64,000 nt of DNA. Origin: Candidatus Latescibacterota bacterium. Lineage in GTDB: Bacteria; Latescibacterota; UBA2968; UBA8231. Numbering within the stretch: the stretch's first letter is position 1; the number at the start of each line of letters is the position of its first letter. A program made the translations under genes and the position numbers. The stretch spans positions 1,568,001 to 1,632,000 of the forward strand of contig OZ242318.1 in assembly GCA_965208105.1 (NCBI GenBank), in the 5' to 3' direction. Shown one piece after another: positions 38,081 through 48,420 of the stretch. The notes under the pieces are model-generated. The model worked only from the letters and a program-made list of their open reading frames with translations, ran no database searches and was not told the origin of the DNA.

Positions 38081-39316
38081 ATGAGTGATCTGAAGATACG
38101 CGACGTCCGCGCCATCGCGACCGAGCCGCCCGGGGCGCGCACCCTGGTGGTGGTGAAGGTGGAGACCAGCGAGCCCGGCCTCTACGGCCTGGGATGCGCC
38201 TCCTTCTTCTCGCGCCCCACCGCGGTGGCCGCGGCCGTGGACGACTACCTCAAGCCCTATCTCGCCGGCAAATCTCCCGACGACATCGAGGACATCTGGC
38301 AGTCGTGCTACTCATCTTCCTACTGGCGCAGCGGCCCCGTGCTCAACAACGCCCTGAGCGGGGTGGACCAGGCCCTGTGGGACATCAAGGGCAAGGTGGC
38401 GGGGATGCCGGTCTACGAGCTCTTCGGAGGCAAGTCCCGCGAAGCCGCGGCGGTCTACGTGATCCCTGGTGGGAGCGACCTGTCCGAGTACGAGGACAAC
38501 GTCCGCGCCCTGCTGGAACAGGGCTTCCATCACCTGAAGCTGGGCTCGATACATCCCGCGATTCCGGGGAACGAGCCCGGCCGGGGGCCGCAGGCCGTCA
38601 GCGCCAAAGCCACCGACCCCTTCGAGCCGGCCCCCTTCGCCCGCAGCATCGTCAACGCATTCGACCATTTCCGCGCCACCTTCGGCCCCGAGCCGGAGAT
38701 TCTCTACGACGTGCACGAGCGCCTTCCTCCCATCCTGGGCCTGGCCCTGGCAAAGGACGTGGAGCGCTTCAAGCCCTTCTTCCTGGAGGACCTCTTTTCT
38801 CCGGAGGACAACGACTACTTCCGCCTGGTGCGCGAGCAGAGCTGCACTCCCATGGCCATGGGCGAGCTCTACAGCAACCCCCAGGAAATGGTCCCGGTGA
38901 TCAAGGACCGGCTCATCGACTTCATCCGGGTGCACGTGTCCACCATCGGCGGACTGACTCCGGCGCGCAAGCTTGCGGCCCTGTGCGAAGCCTTCAACGT
39001 GCGCAGCGCCTGGCACGGCTCCGCCGACGTCTCTCCGGTGGGCCACGCCGCCAACCTCATGCTCGACATGAACGTGTGGAACTTTGGCATCCAGGAGGCA
39101 TCGGCCTACCTGAACACCAACGAGACCCTGAAGGAGGTGTTCCCCGGACTTCCCGAGGTGCGCAACGGCTACATGTGGCCCAACGGCAGGCCCGGCCTGG
39201 GGATAGACCTGAACGAGGAGCTTGCCGCCCGCTTCCCGGTGAAGGACCCGGCGGCCCCCGCCATCAGGATGTGGGGCAATGCCCGGCGCGCCGACGGCAC
39301 CGTGATCAGACCTTAG
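38081..39316 (+). CDS. Enolase-superfamily dehydratase (RspA/mannonate dehydratase-like)
   Basis: Motifs YWRSGPV, DQALWDIKGK, DVHER, FFLED, MGEL and RRADG. Confidence 0.85.
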   Translation: MSDLKIRDVRAIATEPPGARTLVVVKVETSEPGLYGLGCASFFSRPTAVAAAVDDYLKPYLAGKSPDDIEDIWQSCYSSSYWRSGPVLNNALSGVDQALWDIKGKVAGMPVYELFGGKSREAAAVYVIPGGSDLSEYEDNVRALLEQGFHHLKLGSIHPAIPGNEPGRGPQAVSAKATDPFEPAPFARSIVNAFDHFRATFGPEPEILYDVHERLPPILGLALAKDVERFKPFFLEDLFSPEDNDYFRLVREQSCTPMAMGELYSNPQEMVPVIKDRLIDFIRVHVSTIGGLTPARKLAALCEAFNVRSAWHGSADVSPVGHAANLMLDMNVWNFGIQEASAYLNTNETLKEVFPGLPEVRNGYMWPNGRPGLGIDLNEELAARFPVKDPAAPAIRMWGNARRADGTVIRP

Positions 39317-39346
39317 TTTTCACCCTATCGCCCAGGAGGAAAAGCA

Positions 39347-40939
39347 ATGAGCAAAGAGAGAGATCTCAAGGGAACCGGTCCATGGCAGGGGTTCTTCCCC
39401 GGCGACTGGGTAAGGCCGAGGAGCAACCCCGGGACCTGGATTGCACTGGTTGACGTCTCGGAGGTCTTTCCCGGCAACCGCAGCGTTTCGCGCCGGGGAG
39501 AGTACAACCTCTACGACGCCCCGGTTGGAGTAGAGCTCAAGATAGAAGAAGCCGCCAAGGCGGACATGGTCTTCGACGGAGTGGCGGAGTGGGAGAAGGA
39601 GGGTTGCTCGCCCGGCGACGTGTGGTACGAGGACGGCCGCTACCACATGTTCTACTACGCTGCAGAGTTAGGAACCTGCTACGCGGTCAGCGACGACTGC
39701 TACCACTGGACCCGCCCCGTTCTGGGCGAGGTGGAGTACAACGGATCGAAGGAGAACAACCTTCGCGCCAACCACCCGGCGGGAGGCATCTTCGAGGACC
39801 CCTCGGCGCCGCCCGAGGAGCGCTTCAAGGCCATGAGCGCCGGGTCCGGCTGGTTCGATCCCGACTCCTGGGAGAAGCTGGACAATGACGAAGCCGAAAA
39901 GCGCTGGGAGGCCATGCAGTACGAGGGGGCCGAATACAAAGGTCCCAAGGTGGTGCTGCGCGGGTGGATGGAGGGCTGGACCTCGCCGGACCGCTTCCAC
40001 GGCTGGAAGAAGATAGAGGAGCCCCTGGCGGAGTACTCGGTCAACGGGGGCATCGTGGCGGGGTACGATGAGGCCACCGGCACCTACTTCGCCTACCTGC
40101 AGCCCCAGGGCTTCCCCCCGGAGGACCCCAGGGGCATCGGCACCGGGGTCCAGGAGGTGGAGATGGTGCGCCGCGCCAACGGTTTCTGCCGGACCAGGGA
40201 TTTTCGCCGCTGGCCCGCGGCGAAGCTGGTGATGCACCCCGACTCGCAGGACGACCTGGACATCGCCTTCTACGCCCACAGCTACTTCCCCTATCCCGGA
40301 CGCACGGACCTGCACGGCATGCTCACCCCGGTCTTCCACCAGATGACCGGCCAGATGGACGTGCAGATCGCCTTCAGCCGGGACGGCCTCATCTGGTACC
40401 GCCCCGAACGCAAGGCCATCCTGACCCTGGGTCCGCCCGGTAGCGGCGAGGAGGGCATGATCGGCTCCTCCGGTATCTTCGAGCTGCCGGACGGGCACTG
40501 GGGCGCTCCCTACTGGGGCGAGTCCAGGCTGCACAACGTTCCGGGAGAGTACCAGGATTCCCTGTTCCCCCTGCAGCAGCCCAGGAAGATGGGATGGGCC
40601 CTGTGGAAACCGCACCGCTTCTGCGGATTCGAGGCTGGCACCGAGGGGCGCTTCACCATACCCACCATCTACCGGCGCAACAATGAGCTGCGGCTGAACT
40701 ACCGCTGCCGGCCGGGCGGCTGGGTGAGCGTGGAGCTCATGCGCATGATGCCGTCCATGTTCCACGGCGACGTCGACCCGCTCGGCGGCTTCACCTTCGA
40801 GGAGTGCGACCGCCTCTCCGGGGATTCTCCCGACCAGGTGGTGACCTGGAATGGGAAGAGCGACATCTCCGGGGTGGGCGAAATGGTGGCCATCCGCCTG
40901 AAGATGTTCCAGTCCAAGATATTCGCCTACCAGGTGTGA
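39347..40939 (+). CDS. Hypothetical GH32/43-like five-bladed propeller protein
   Basis: Motifs YAVSDD..HWTRP.LG, PPEERFK and FSRDG..W.R, with a C-terminal beta-sandwich-like region. Confidence 0.6.
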   Translation: MSKERDLKGTGPWQGFFPGDWVRPRSNPGTWIALVDVSEVFPGNRSVSRRGEYNLYDAPVGVELKIEEAAKADMVFDGVAEWEKEGCSPGDVWYEDGRYHMFYYAAELGTCYAVSDDCYHWTRPVLGEVEYNGSKENNLRANHPAGGIFEDPSAPPEERFKAMSAGSGWFDPDSWEKLDNDEAEKRWEAMQYEGAEYKGPKVVLRGWMEGWTSPDRFHGWKKIEEPLAEYSVNGGIVAGYDEATGTYFAYLQPQGFPPEDPRGIGTGVQEVEMVRRANGFCRTRDFRRWPAAKLVMHPDSQDDLDIAFYAHSYFPYPGRTDLHGMLTPVFHQMTGQMDVQIAFSRDGLIWYRPERKAILTLGPPGSGEEGMIGSSGIFELPDGHWGAPYWGESRLHNVPGEYQDSLFPLQQPRKMGWALWKPHRFCGFEAGTEGRFTIPTIYRRNNELRLNYRCRPGGWVSVELMRMMPSMFHGDVDPLGGFTFEECDRLSGDSPDQVVTWNGKSDISGVGEMVAIRLKMFQSKIFAYQV

Positions 40940-40967
40940 GGCGCGGGAGACTCCGGCAGGGCAAGCT

Positions 40968-42008
40968 TCAATCGCGCCAGAAGGCGACCCCCATGTGATA
41001 GCGCCGGTGGCCCGGGATGCGCTGGCAGTAGTAGGCGGTGAGGATGGTTCCGTCTTCCAACTGCAGGCTGGAGGGGTATCCGCCGTCGGTGCCCTGGGGA
41101 CCGGTGTTCGACTGGTAGACGTTGGTGTTGAACAGGACCCTCGGGTCGTCCCAGGTGACTCCTCCGTCGTCGCTGGTCATGGCGCAGACCCCCAGCATGC
41201 CGCGCAGGCGCACCCCGTAGGTGAGCAGGATCGATCCGTCCTGCAGCTCCAGCAGGTGGGCCGGCATGTGCCGCGCCGGCGTCACCGGACCGCGGCAGGT
41301 CCAGGTCTGCCCGCCGTCGTCGGAGGCGAAGATCTCGGTTTCGGCGGTCCTGGCGGTGCGGCTCGCGGCCAGCATCCGGCCGTCCCCCAGGGAAAGCAGG
41401 TCGGTCTCGTTGTACCTGTCCGCGCCGATGAGGCGGGCATCGCCCCAGGTGCGCCCGTCATCGTCGCTGAAGTAGACCCAGGCGCTGTCGCGGGTTTCGT
41501 CCTCCAGGTGGCCTTCCGGCGCCGAGTAGCAGGACACCGCCAGGCGGTTTCCCGGAAGCTTCACGATGTCCCCGAACGGCACGGCTCTCGTCACCCCGTC
41601 AGGATAGTTGAAGGACCCTTCCAGGGCCCAGGTCCGCCCCATGTCGGTGGAGCGGCAGACCACCGCTTCCTGGTTGCCCTTCTCCTCCTCTTCCCTGGGC
41701 CGGTCCAGCAACTGGCCCCGGGGCGGGGCGAAGCGGCGGCCGCTGCACAGGACCACGAAGGCGCCATCGTGGGTGAGACCCGCCGCCAGGTCGCCGCGGG
41801 TGCGGCCCGGCTCGTGGTGCACCGGAACGCTGAGAAAGGACCACAGCCTGCCCCCGTCCTTGCTGATCCAGCACTCGGACGACCCTTCCCACAACTGGTG
41901 GCAGGGCTCGCCGAATATGGTGGCCACGATGCTGCCGTCCGGCATTTGTGTCAGGTTTGGCCAGGCGCACTTGTTGTCAACCGCTACGTAGCGTTCGAGA
42001 ATGTCCAT
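40968..42008 (-). CDS. BNR/Asp-box sialidase-like protein
   Basis: Asp-boxes SKDGGRLW, STDMGRTW, SDDDGRTW, SDDGGQTW and SDDGGVTW. Confidence 0.85.
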   Translation of the reverse strand: MDILERYVAVDNKCAWPNLTQMPDGSIVATIFGEPCHQLWEGSSECWISKDGGRLWSFLSVPVHHEPGRTRGDLAAGLTHDGAFVVLCSGRRFAPPRGQLLDRPREEEEKGNQEAVVCRSTDMGRTWALEGSFNYPDGVTRAVPFGDIVKLPGNRLAVSCYSAPEGHLEDETRDSAWVYFSDDDGRTWGDARLIGADRYNETDLLSLGDGRMLAASRTARTAETEIFASDDGGQTWTCRGPVTPARHMPAHLLELQDGSILLTYGVRLRGMLGVCAMTSDDGGVTWDDPRVLFNTNVYQSNTGPQGTDGGYPSSLQLEDGTILTAYYCQRIPGHRRYHMGVAFWRD

Positions 42009-42116
42009 CTCTGCTCCTTCGCTTTAGGGGGAGGGGAGACCGTCAAGAATAACCTGAAGAAACAATAGGCCGCTTCAGGGATTCCATGTCAAGATACTTT
42101 TGTAATGGGCACATTG

Positions 42117-42313
42117 TAATCGTTTTTCTGAAAAACACCGTTTCTTAACTGTTTTTCTTGGGTTTCAACCATTTTTTCGGAAATAAGTAGAAATTTAATC
42201 TTTTTATTCTGGTTTAGCCCTTTTTCTTCATTTTTCCATATGCAATCCCATAAGTAACTGTTTATTTCATAAAATCCGATTTTTAACTATATTTACAGTG
42301 AAATAACGATTTT
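42117..42313 (+). repeat. AT-rich array of eight degenerate 10-mers (TAACNRTTTT-like)
   Basis: Copies start at 42117, 42146, 42166, 42196, 42215, 42255, 42284 and 42304. Confidence 0.6.
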
Positions 42314-42326
42314 ATGAGATAGGTCC

Positions 42327-43838
42327 ATGGAAACAAACGTTTCAGAAATACGGCCCTCGGGATACGCCTGGCTGCTGAGCAGATTCGGGTTGACCGCGAT
42401 GCCTGATCCCCACCGTTCCTCGGTCTCTACAACCGGCGGCCGCCAACAGAAAGTGCAGGGAGGTCACGTCGAAGATATTTACCCTCCCCAGTACTGGCCC
42501 GGTGAAAAAGTCGGGGATCACCTCGAGTTTGCCCTGAAATACGATGGCGTAAGCATGAATTCAATGAAGGTTATTTTCGAGGCCGCGGCGGAAACCGAGA
42601 TTGTGAACTACGTAAAATCCAAACCAACGGGGAAGTATGCCCGGCGAATATGGTTTTTTTATGAGTTTTTAACCGGTCGCAGGCTTCCCATCGAGGATCT
42701 ATCCAGGGGAAATTACCTGGAAGCGCTCGAGCCGGACCTCTACTACACTGTTGCTCGAGGAAGAAGATCCCGGAGACACCGCATCATCGACAACCTGCTC
42801 GGAACCGGAGAGTTCTGCCCTGTTGTCAGAAAAACCGACAAGCTCAAAAAAATGGACCCGGCCAGCTTGCAGAACAGATGCGAAGAGATAATCCAGTCCT
42901 ATCCTCCGCAACTGCTCAGAGGAGCGATAAGCTATCTCTACAACAAAGAAACCAAATCTTCCTTCGAGATAGAGAACATCAAACCCGACGCGGCGCGAAC
43001 TGAAAAATTCATAGCATATTTGACAATGGCGCGACAGCAGGATTTCTGCGCCAAGGAGTTGTTGATTGAACTGCAGAACCACATTGTCGATCCACGCTTC
43101 GCGAACCAGGACTACCGCACCATACAAAACTATGTAGGCCAGACGGTTTCTTACCAAAATGAACTCATTCACTATGTCTGCCCCAAGCCGGAAGATCTTC
43201 CCGGCCTCATGCAGGGACTCCTGACCACTCATCAGCTGATGATGGCCGGAGGCGTCTCTGCGATAATTCACGCGGCTGTGATAGCCTACGGTTTTGTTTT
43301 CATCCACCCGTTTGAAGACGCCAATGGTCGAATCCACAGGTTTCTAATCCACAACATTTTCTCAATTCGAGGCCTGGTCCCCGAAGACCTGATGTTTCCC
43401 GTTTCTGCCGCAATGCTCAACAATCCGGAAGATTACAACGACTCCCTCGAGGCGTTTTCGCTTCCGCTGACGCAACTGGTGAAATACAGTTTGGATGAAC
43501 TTGCCCGGATGACCGTCCACAACGACACCGCGCACTGGTATCGCTATATCGATATGACCGCACAGGCCGAGGCATTATGTGATTTTGTCACTCAAACCAT
43601 TGAAAATGAACTGGTAGAGGAGCTGTCCTTCCTTGCAAATTATGACGGCGCAAAAAAAACGATTCAGGACGTTATCGATATGCCTGACCGTCTGATAGAC
43701 CTGTTTATCCGAATTTGCCTCGAAAACAACGGAACGCTGTCCGCAAGCAAAAGAAAATCCCAGTTCGATTTTCTCAGTGACGATGAACTTTTATCAATGG
43801 AAAACGCCGTCAGAGAAAATTACTGGCGGTCATCCTGA
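42327..43838 (+). CDS. Fic-family protein (class II, lower GC)
   Basis: Fic motif HPFEDANGRIHR with an upstream inhibitory motif SFEIEN ((S/T)xxxE(G/N)). Confidence 0.9.
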   Translation: METNVSEIRPSGYAWLLSRFGLTAMPDPHRSSVSTTGGRQQKVQGGHVEDIYPPQYWPGEKVGDHLEFALKYDGVSMNSMKVIFEAAAETEIVNYVKSKPTGKYARRIWFFYEFLTGRRLPIEDLSRGNYLEALEPDLYYTVARGRRSRRHRIIDNLLGTGEFCPVVRKTDKLKKMDPASLQNRCEEIIQSYPPQLLRGAISYLYNKETKSSFEIENIKPDAARTEKFIAYLTMARQQDFCAKELLIELQNHIVDPRFANQDYRTIQNYVGQTVSYQNELIHYVCPKPEDLPGLMQGLLTTHQLMMAGGVSAIIHAAVIAYGFVFIHPFEDANGRIHRFLIHNIFSIRGLVPEDLMFPVSAAMLNNPEDYNDSLEAFSLPLTQLVKYSLDELARMTVHNDTAHWYRYIDMTAQAEALCDFVTQTIENELVEELSFLANYDGAKKTIQDVIDMPDRLIDLFIRICLENNGTLSASKRKSQFDFLSDDELLSMENAVRENYWRSS

Positions 43839-43951
43839 ACAGGAACACGGACAACCGGTCACACGGCGATGATTCCCTTATCCCCCAGGTTGCCATTCTC
43901 CTCCACCAATAACGCGGAGACCCCGGCAACCGGCGCACCGGGCTTCAGCGC

Positions 43952-44896
43952 ATGAAGACCGACCTGCGCTGCTCCCTCTACGTGCTGGCCTCGGCCGCGG
44001 CCGCGGCCGGCGGCCTACTGTTTACCGAGATCGCCATCAACTTCTACGCGGCCACAACCCTGCAGATCGCCTTCCTGGCCAACATCATCGGCGGCATCTT
44101 CCTGCTCCTTCCCTGCATCCGCGGCAGCCGGCCGTGGCAGGGCTGGCCCCTGCGCGATTGGCTGCGCTTCGCGGTCTCCGCGGTGACGATCTACGCGGCC
44201 GGGTTCGTTCTGCTCTACGCCGCCATCTCCCACGTCGGCGCCAGCAAGGTCATCCTCCTCGGCCGCGTCGAGGCCATCTTCGTCGTCGCTCTCGCGGTGA
44301 TCTTTCTCGGGGAACGCTGGTCCGCCCGCCACTGGTTCGCCACCTTCCTGGCCCTGGCCGGAGCCACCCTGATCAGCTTCGATCCCGCGGTCCTGCAACT
44401 GGCCTTCTCCTGGGGAGACGGGCTCACCCTGCTCTCCTCTCTGGTGGTGGCCGCCGGCATCGTCATCCTGAAGCCCCTCGTGGTGCGCCGCGACCCCCAG
44501 TTCGCCACCGGCCTCGGGCTGCTCGCCGGGGCCGTCTGCCTGGGGCCGTTCCTCCTCCTCGGGATGGGGAAGCCGGAGATCTCGATCCTGGCGGCAGGGC
44601 CTCTCCTGATGGTCCTGATGGTAATCCGCGGCATCCTGCTGGGGCTGTCCTGGGCGGCCTACAACGCCGCCATGAGGCATATCGGCGCATCCCGCTGCGC
44701 TGTGCTCTTCCTGTCGGTGTCCTTCCTCACCGTGGCCCTGCAGGTGCTGGTGGACGCCATCGCCCCCGGCCTCGGCCTGCGGATTCCGGTCAACCTGGAG
44801 ACGGCGGTCGCCGGCGGCGCAGTCATCTCGGTGGCTGTGGCCCTGGTCCAGGTCCAGCGCCATCCCGGGGGAGGCTCGGCCCGCCGAATGAACTGA
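43952..44896 (+). CDS. DMT/EamA family transporter
   Basis: About 10 TM segments, LAVIFLGER, and two GAS repeats. Confidence 0.8.
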   Translation: MKTDLRCSLYVLASAAAAAGGLLFTEIAINFYAATTLQIAFLANIIGGIFLLLPCIRGSRPWQGWPLRDWLRFAVSAVTIYAAGFVLLYAAISHVGASKVILLGRVEAIFVVALAVIFLGERWSARHWFATFLALAGATLISFDPAVLQLAFSWGDGLTLLSSLVVAAGIVILKPLVVRRDPQFATGLGLLAGAVCLGPFLLLGMGKPEISILAAGPLLMVLMVIRGILLGLSWAAYNAAMRHIGASRCAVLFLSVSFLTVALQVLVDAIAPGLGLRIPVNLETAVAGGAVISVAVALVQVQRHPGGGSARRMN

Positions 44897-45058
44897 GGGC
44901 GCCCTCGGCGGACTCCGCCACCGGGAAACGCCCCGGGGATTCCTCTCCCGACATCCGCCTCCAGGAGGCCGGTGTCGGTTTGTCGCGCCAAAACCGATGA
45001 TCTAAATTTTCTCGAGGACGAGTAGTCCAACTTCGACCATTGGTCAGGAGAGGATAAC

Positions 45059-46225
45059 GTGAAATACAGGGATGCAATATCGGCACTAATTTTTTGCCTG
45101 GGATTCACCATTGCCGGTCCCGTGCCGCAAGGGCATGCCGAGACCAACCTGGACGGACAAGTCAGCCGCGAAGCACAGCGGGAGGGCAGATGGAAAATGG
45201 TTACCTCCGCGACCATGTACGGATTCTACCTGTACGGTCCGGGAACAGCCCGTTTGCTCGATATCGATTCAGCGCAGCAGATAGTCGGACTGGAGATGCT
45301 GATAGGCGGCGGCTCCTTTTTCTACTCGCTCAAGGCCACGAAAAACTACCGCCTGGGCGCCGGCCGCACCCAGCTGATTCTCGGGGGAAGTCTGGCCGGG
45401 ACCCTGTACGGATTTGGCCTACCCGTGTTCTTCGAAGAGGAAGACGACAGGCCGTATCTTGCCGCGGCGATGATCGCTACCCCGGCAGGCGGACTGCTAG
45501 CTCACAGGCTCAGTGCGCACCGGTGGTTCGAGAAGGGGGAAAGCGACCTGATCGTCAACGGTGGATTGGTCGGGGCGTTGTACGGAGTCGCCATTCCCTA
45601 CCTCGCCGACATAGAAGACTCGCGTGAATGGGCCCAGGCCAAAATCTATGTTGCCTCCGCGATGGCAGGTGCGCCGGCCGGGGTCTGGGCCACGACGAGA
45701 TTGATTCGCGGCAGACCGATCAACCAGGGGCGTGCCCATCTTCTCTCCCTGGGGGCCGTCGTCGGCGCCTCCTACGCAAGCGGCATCCTCAGCCTGGCGG
45801 ACGTGGAGGCCCCCCGAGCCCACGTACTCGCGGTCATGCTCGGCTTGCCGGCGGGCACCTGTTTCTCCTACCGGTGGACGGGTGCGGAGGAATATCCGAT
45901 CAAGCGGGCGAGATTGATTTCCCTGGGCGCCCTGGTTGGCAGCCTGTTCGGCTCCGGGGTTGCCCTGGTTGCCGAGGCCGAAGACCACAAACCTTACGTC
46001 CTGGCAAACATAATCGGATCGGCCGCGGGGATCTGGTACGCCCACGGTTTCTCCCGGGACAGCGACGGGACATCCGCCGCAGGCAACAACCGGAGTTCCA
46101 TTGCAGACAGGATCACCGTTTCCCTGCCCTCGCTCGGCCACTGGTTCACCATGGGCCTGATGATGCTCGACCAGCGGTCTCCCGGCGGGGGGACACCGGT
46201 GGAGTTGGTGCGCGTCTCGTTCTGA
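45059..46225 (+). CDS. Hypothetical membrane protein with repeated glycine-zipper hairpins
   Basis: Signal-like N-terminus and four GxxxGxxYG-like repeats. Confidence 0.6.
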   Translation: MKYRDAISALIFCLGFTIAGPVPQGHAETNLDGQVSREAQREGRWKMVTSATMYGFYLYGPGTARLLDIDSAQQIVGLEMLIGGGSFFYSLKATKNYRLGAGRTQLILGGSLAGTLYGFGLPVFFEEEDDRPYLAAAMIATPAGGLLAHRLSAHRWFEKGESDLIVNGGLVGALYGVAIPYLADIEDSREWAQAKIYVASAMAGAPAGVWATTRLIRGRPINQGRAHLLSLGAVVGASYASGILSLADVEAPRAHVLAVMLGLPAGTCFSYRWTGAEEYPIKRARLISLGALVGSLFGSGVALVAEAEDHKPYVLANIIGSAAGIWYAHGFSRDSDGTSAAGNNRSSIADRITVSLPSLGHWFTMGLMMLDQRSPGGGTPVELVRVSF

Positions 46226-46340
46226 GCGGATCGGTTAGGAGCAGCGCGGGCATCCCGGCCCCGGTCCGGCTGCCGGTGGTCCACCGCTCTTTATCCCGGG
46301 AAAAGGAAGCGGAGCCGGACCGTCCTCCTACTCTCCGGGT

Positions 46341-48278
46341 TCACCTTTGCAAATATCGATCGAACCACTCCAGGTTGCGTCGCGCAAAGTCGAGCAGCAG
46401 CTTGGGCTCGGTCAGGCCATGGGGGGTGCGCGGGTAGACGACCATTTTAACCGGCACGCCTCGCCGCTTGAGGGCGCGGTAGAATTCATACCCCTGGGAA
46501 ATCGGCACCACGCTGTCATCCTCGGAATGCTGGATCAGGGTCGGCGTCGAAACCTCCTGGACGTGGAATATGGGCGAGCGCGCCAGGTAGATGTCCAGGT
46601 CGTCCCAGAACTCGGCGCCGAGATAGTCGGTGATGCAGGTCGGGATATCCGATGTGCCGGCGTCGCTCACCAGGTTGACCGGGCCCGCTCCCACCGAAGC
46701 CGCCTTGAAACGCCTGGTCCGCGTGATGGTCCACGCGGTCAGGTACCCGCCGTAGCTCCATCCCATCACACCCAGGCGCGTCGGGTCCGCCACACCCATT
46801 TCGATGGCGAAGTCCACCCCCTTCATGAGGTCCTCGTAGTCCCCGCCGCCCCAATCCCGGTAGTTGGCCTCGATGAACTTCCTGCCGTAACCGGACGAGC
46901 CTCGAACGTTGCAGCGCAAGACCGCGTAACCGCGGGCGGCGAAAGCGGCGATGGGATAAGGATTGTCAGGGTCGAGACCGGTGGTGAAGGTCCGGGTGAA
47001 CATGTCCATGGGTCCGCCGTGGACGATGAGCAGGAGCGGGTAGCGCTTTCCCGGTTCGCACCCCGCCGGATAGGTGAGCAACCCTTCGATTTCCAGACCA
47101 TCCGACGACTGGTAGCGGATGACCTCGGTGCGGTTCGAAGGAATGGCGGCCATGTGGCCGTTGACGCGGCTGATCTGCACCGGCTTGAAGCGGTCGAGGG
47201 AGGTGACGTACACCTCCGCGGGCCGGGTGGTACCCTGGGCGACGAAACCCACCATCGACCGGGATGGATTCAGGCTGGCGGAGGAAATCACCATGTCCAC
47301 CCGGTCCAGTTGCCGCGGCGGGCCGCCCTCGAGGGAGACGGCGAAAAGTCCGGTGGCGGTGCCGCGGGAATCGCTGTAGTACAGCGCGCGGCTGTCGACG
47401 GACCAACCGACCAGCTCGGGCCATCTTTCAAAGGTCTCCGCCAGGAGATGGTGGCCTCCACCGGCGGCGGGCGCGACGAACACGTCGGGCGTCGATGCCC
47501 AACTAAGCGGTCCGGTGCCAGCCTGGAACGCCAGCCAGCGCCCGTCAGGTGAATAGAGCGGCGAGCCCGAACCCTTCACCGGAAGCAGCGATTGAATCTC
47601 TCCGGTCTCCACCTCCACAACCGCGATCTCGGCCGAGGACCAGTCGTCGGTCCGCGGAGTCGGGGTGCGGGTGAACGCGATCCTTCTCCCATCGGGAGAC
47701 CAATCGAACATCCGACCGCCGAAGCAACTGCCCACGTTGAAATCTCCGCCCGTAAGCGGCCGGGACCGATCCCCTCCGCTGCCCTCATCTTCCACGGAGA
47801 TTAGCCACAATCGGTTCATCCTGAAGTTCTCGTCCACCACCCTGGCGTCGTCCTTCTCCTTCGCCGCCCGCCTCTCGGAGGGCGCAGGCGCATCGGGCAT
47901 GACGAAGGCGATCCACTTTCCGTCGGGCGACCACCTGAAAGAACCCACCTCCGTCTCGACGTGGGTCAACTGCCGGACCTCCTCGCTATCGGTGTGAAGC
48001 AGAAATAGGTTGGTACTCCCGGACCGGCTAGAGGTGAATCCTATCCACACTCCCTCCGGGGACCATTGCGGATTCCCGCAGGAGCTGTCGCCGAAGGTGC
48101 GCTGAACAACACCTGTGCCGCCGTCGCTGGAATAGATATGGGTGAGGTATTCGCTCTTGTCCGAGGTCATCACCGGCCGGGTCACGGTGAAGACCACCTG
48201 GCGTCCGTCGGGCGCAGGGTGGACATCGCCTACCGCCCAGACCTGGATCAGCTCGTCAAGAGAGGGAGTTGCGGGCAT
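46341..48278 (-). CDS. S9 family peptidase (acylaminoacyl-peptidase-like)
   Basis: WSPDG propeller repeats and motifs VHGGP, GWSYGG, EDDSVV and PHG. Confidence 0.9.
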   Translation of the reverse strand: MPATPSLDELIQVWAVGDVHPAPDGRQVVFTVTRPVMTSDKSEYLTHIYSSDGGTGVVQRTFGDSSCGNPQWSPEGVWIGFTSSRSGSTNLFLLHTDSEEVRQLTHVETEVGSFRWSPDGKWIAFVMPDAPAPSERRAAKEKDDARVVDENFRMNRLWLISVEDEGSGGDRSRPLTGGDFNVGSCFGGRMFDWSPDGRRIAFTRTPTPRTDDWSSAEIAVVEVETGEIQSLLPVKGSGSPLYSPDGRWLAFQAGTGPLSWASTPDVFVAPAAGGGHHLLAETFERWPELVGWSVDSRALYYSDSRGTATGLFAVSLEGGPPRQLDRVDMVISSASLNPSRSMVGFVAQGTTRPAEVYVTSLDRFKPVQISRVNGHMAAIPSNRTEVIRYQSSDGLEIEGLLTYPAGCEPGKRYPLLLIVHGGPMDMFTRTFTTGLDPDNPYPIAAFAARGYAVLRCNVRGSSGYGRKFIEANYRDWGGGDYEDLMKGVDFAIEMGVADPTRLGVMGWSYGGYLTAWTITRTRRFKAASVGAGPVNLVSDAGTSDIPTCITDYLGAEFWDDLDIYLARSPIFHVQEVSTPTLIQHSEDDSVVPISQGYEFYRALKRRGVPVKMVVYPRTPHGLTEPKLLLDFARRNLEWFDRYLQR

Positions 48279-48420
48279 TCGGCGCACCTAAATGGGAGTG
48301 GAGTGAGATGCGGCTCGACGGGGCCTACCTTCGTCACCGGCCGGTCGGTTGCCGTGGAAGGTTCGTCAGGTCAAATTGTGTCGGCGAATCTTCTGAAATG
48401 AGGGTCGGACGGGCAAATGC

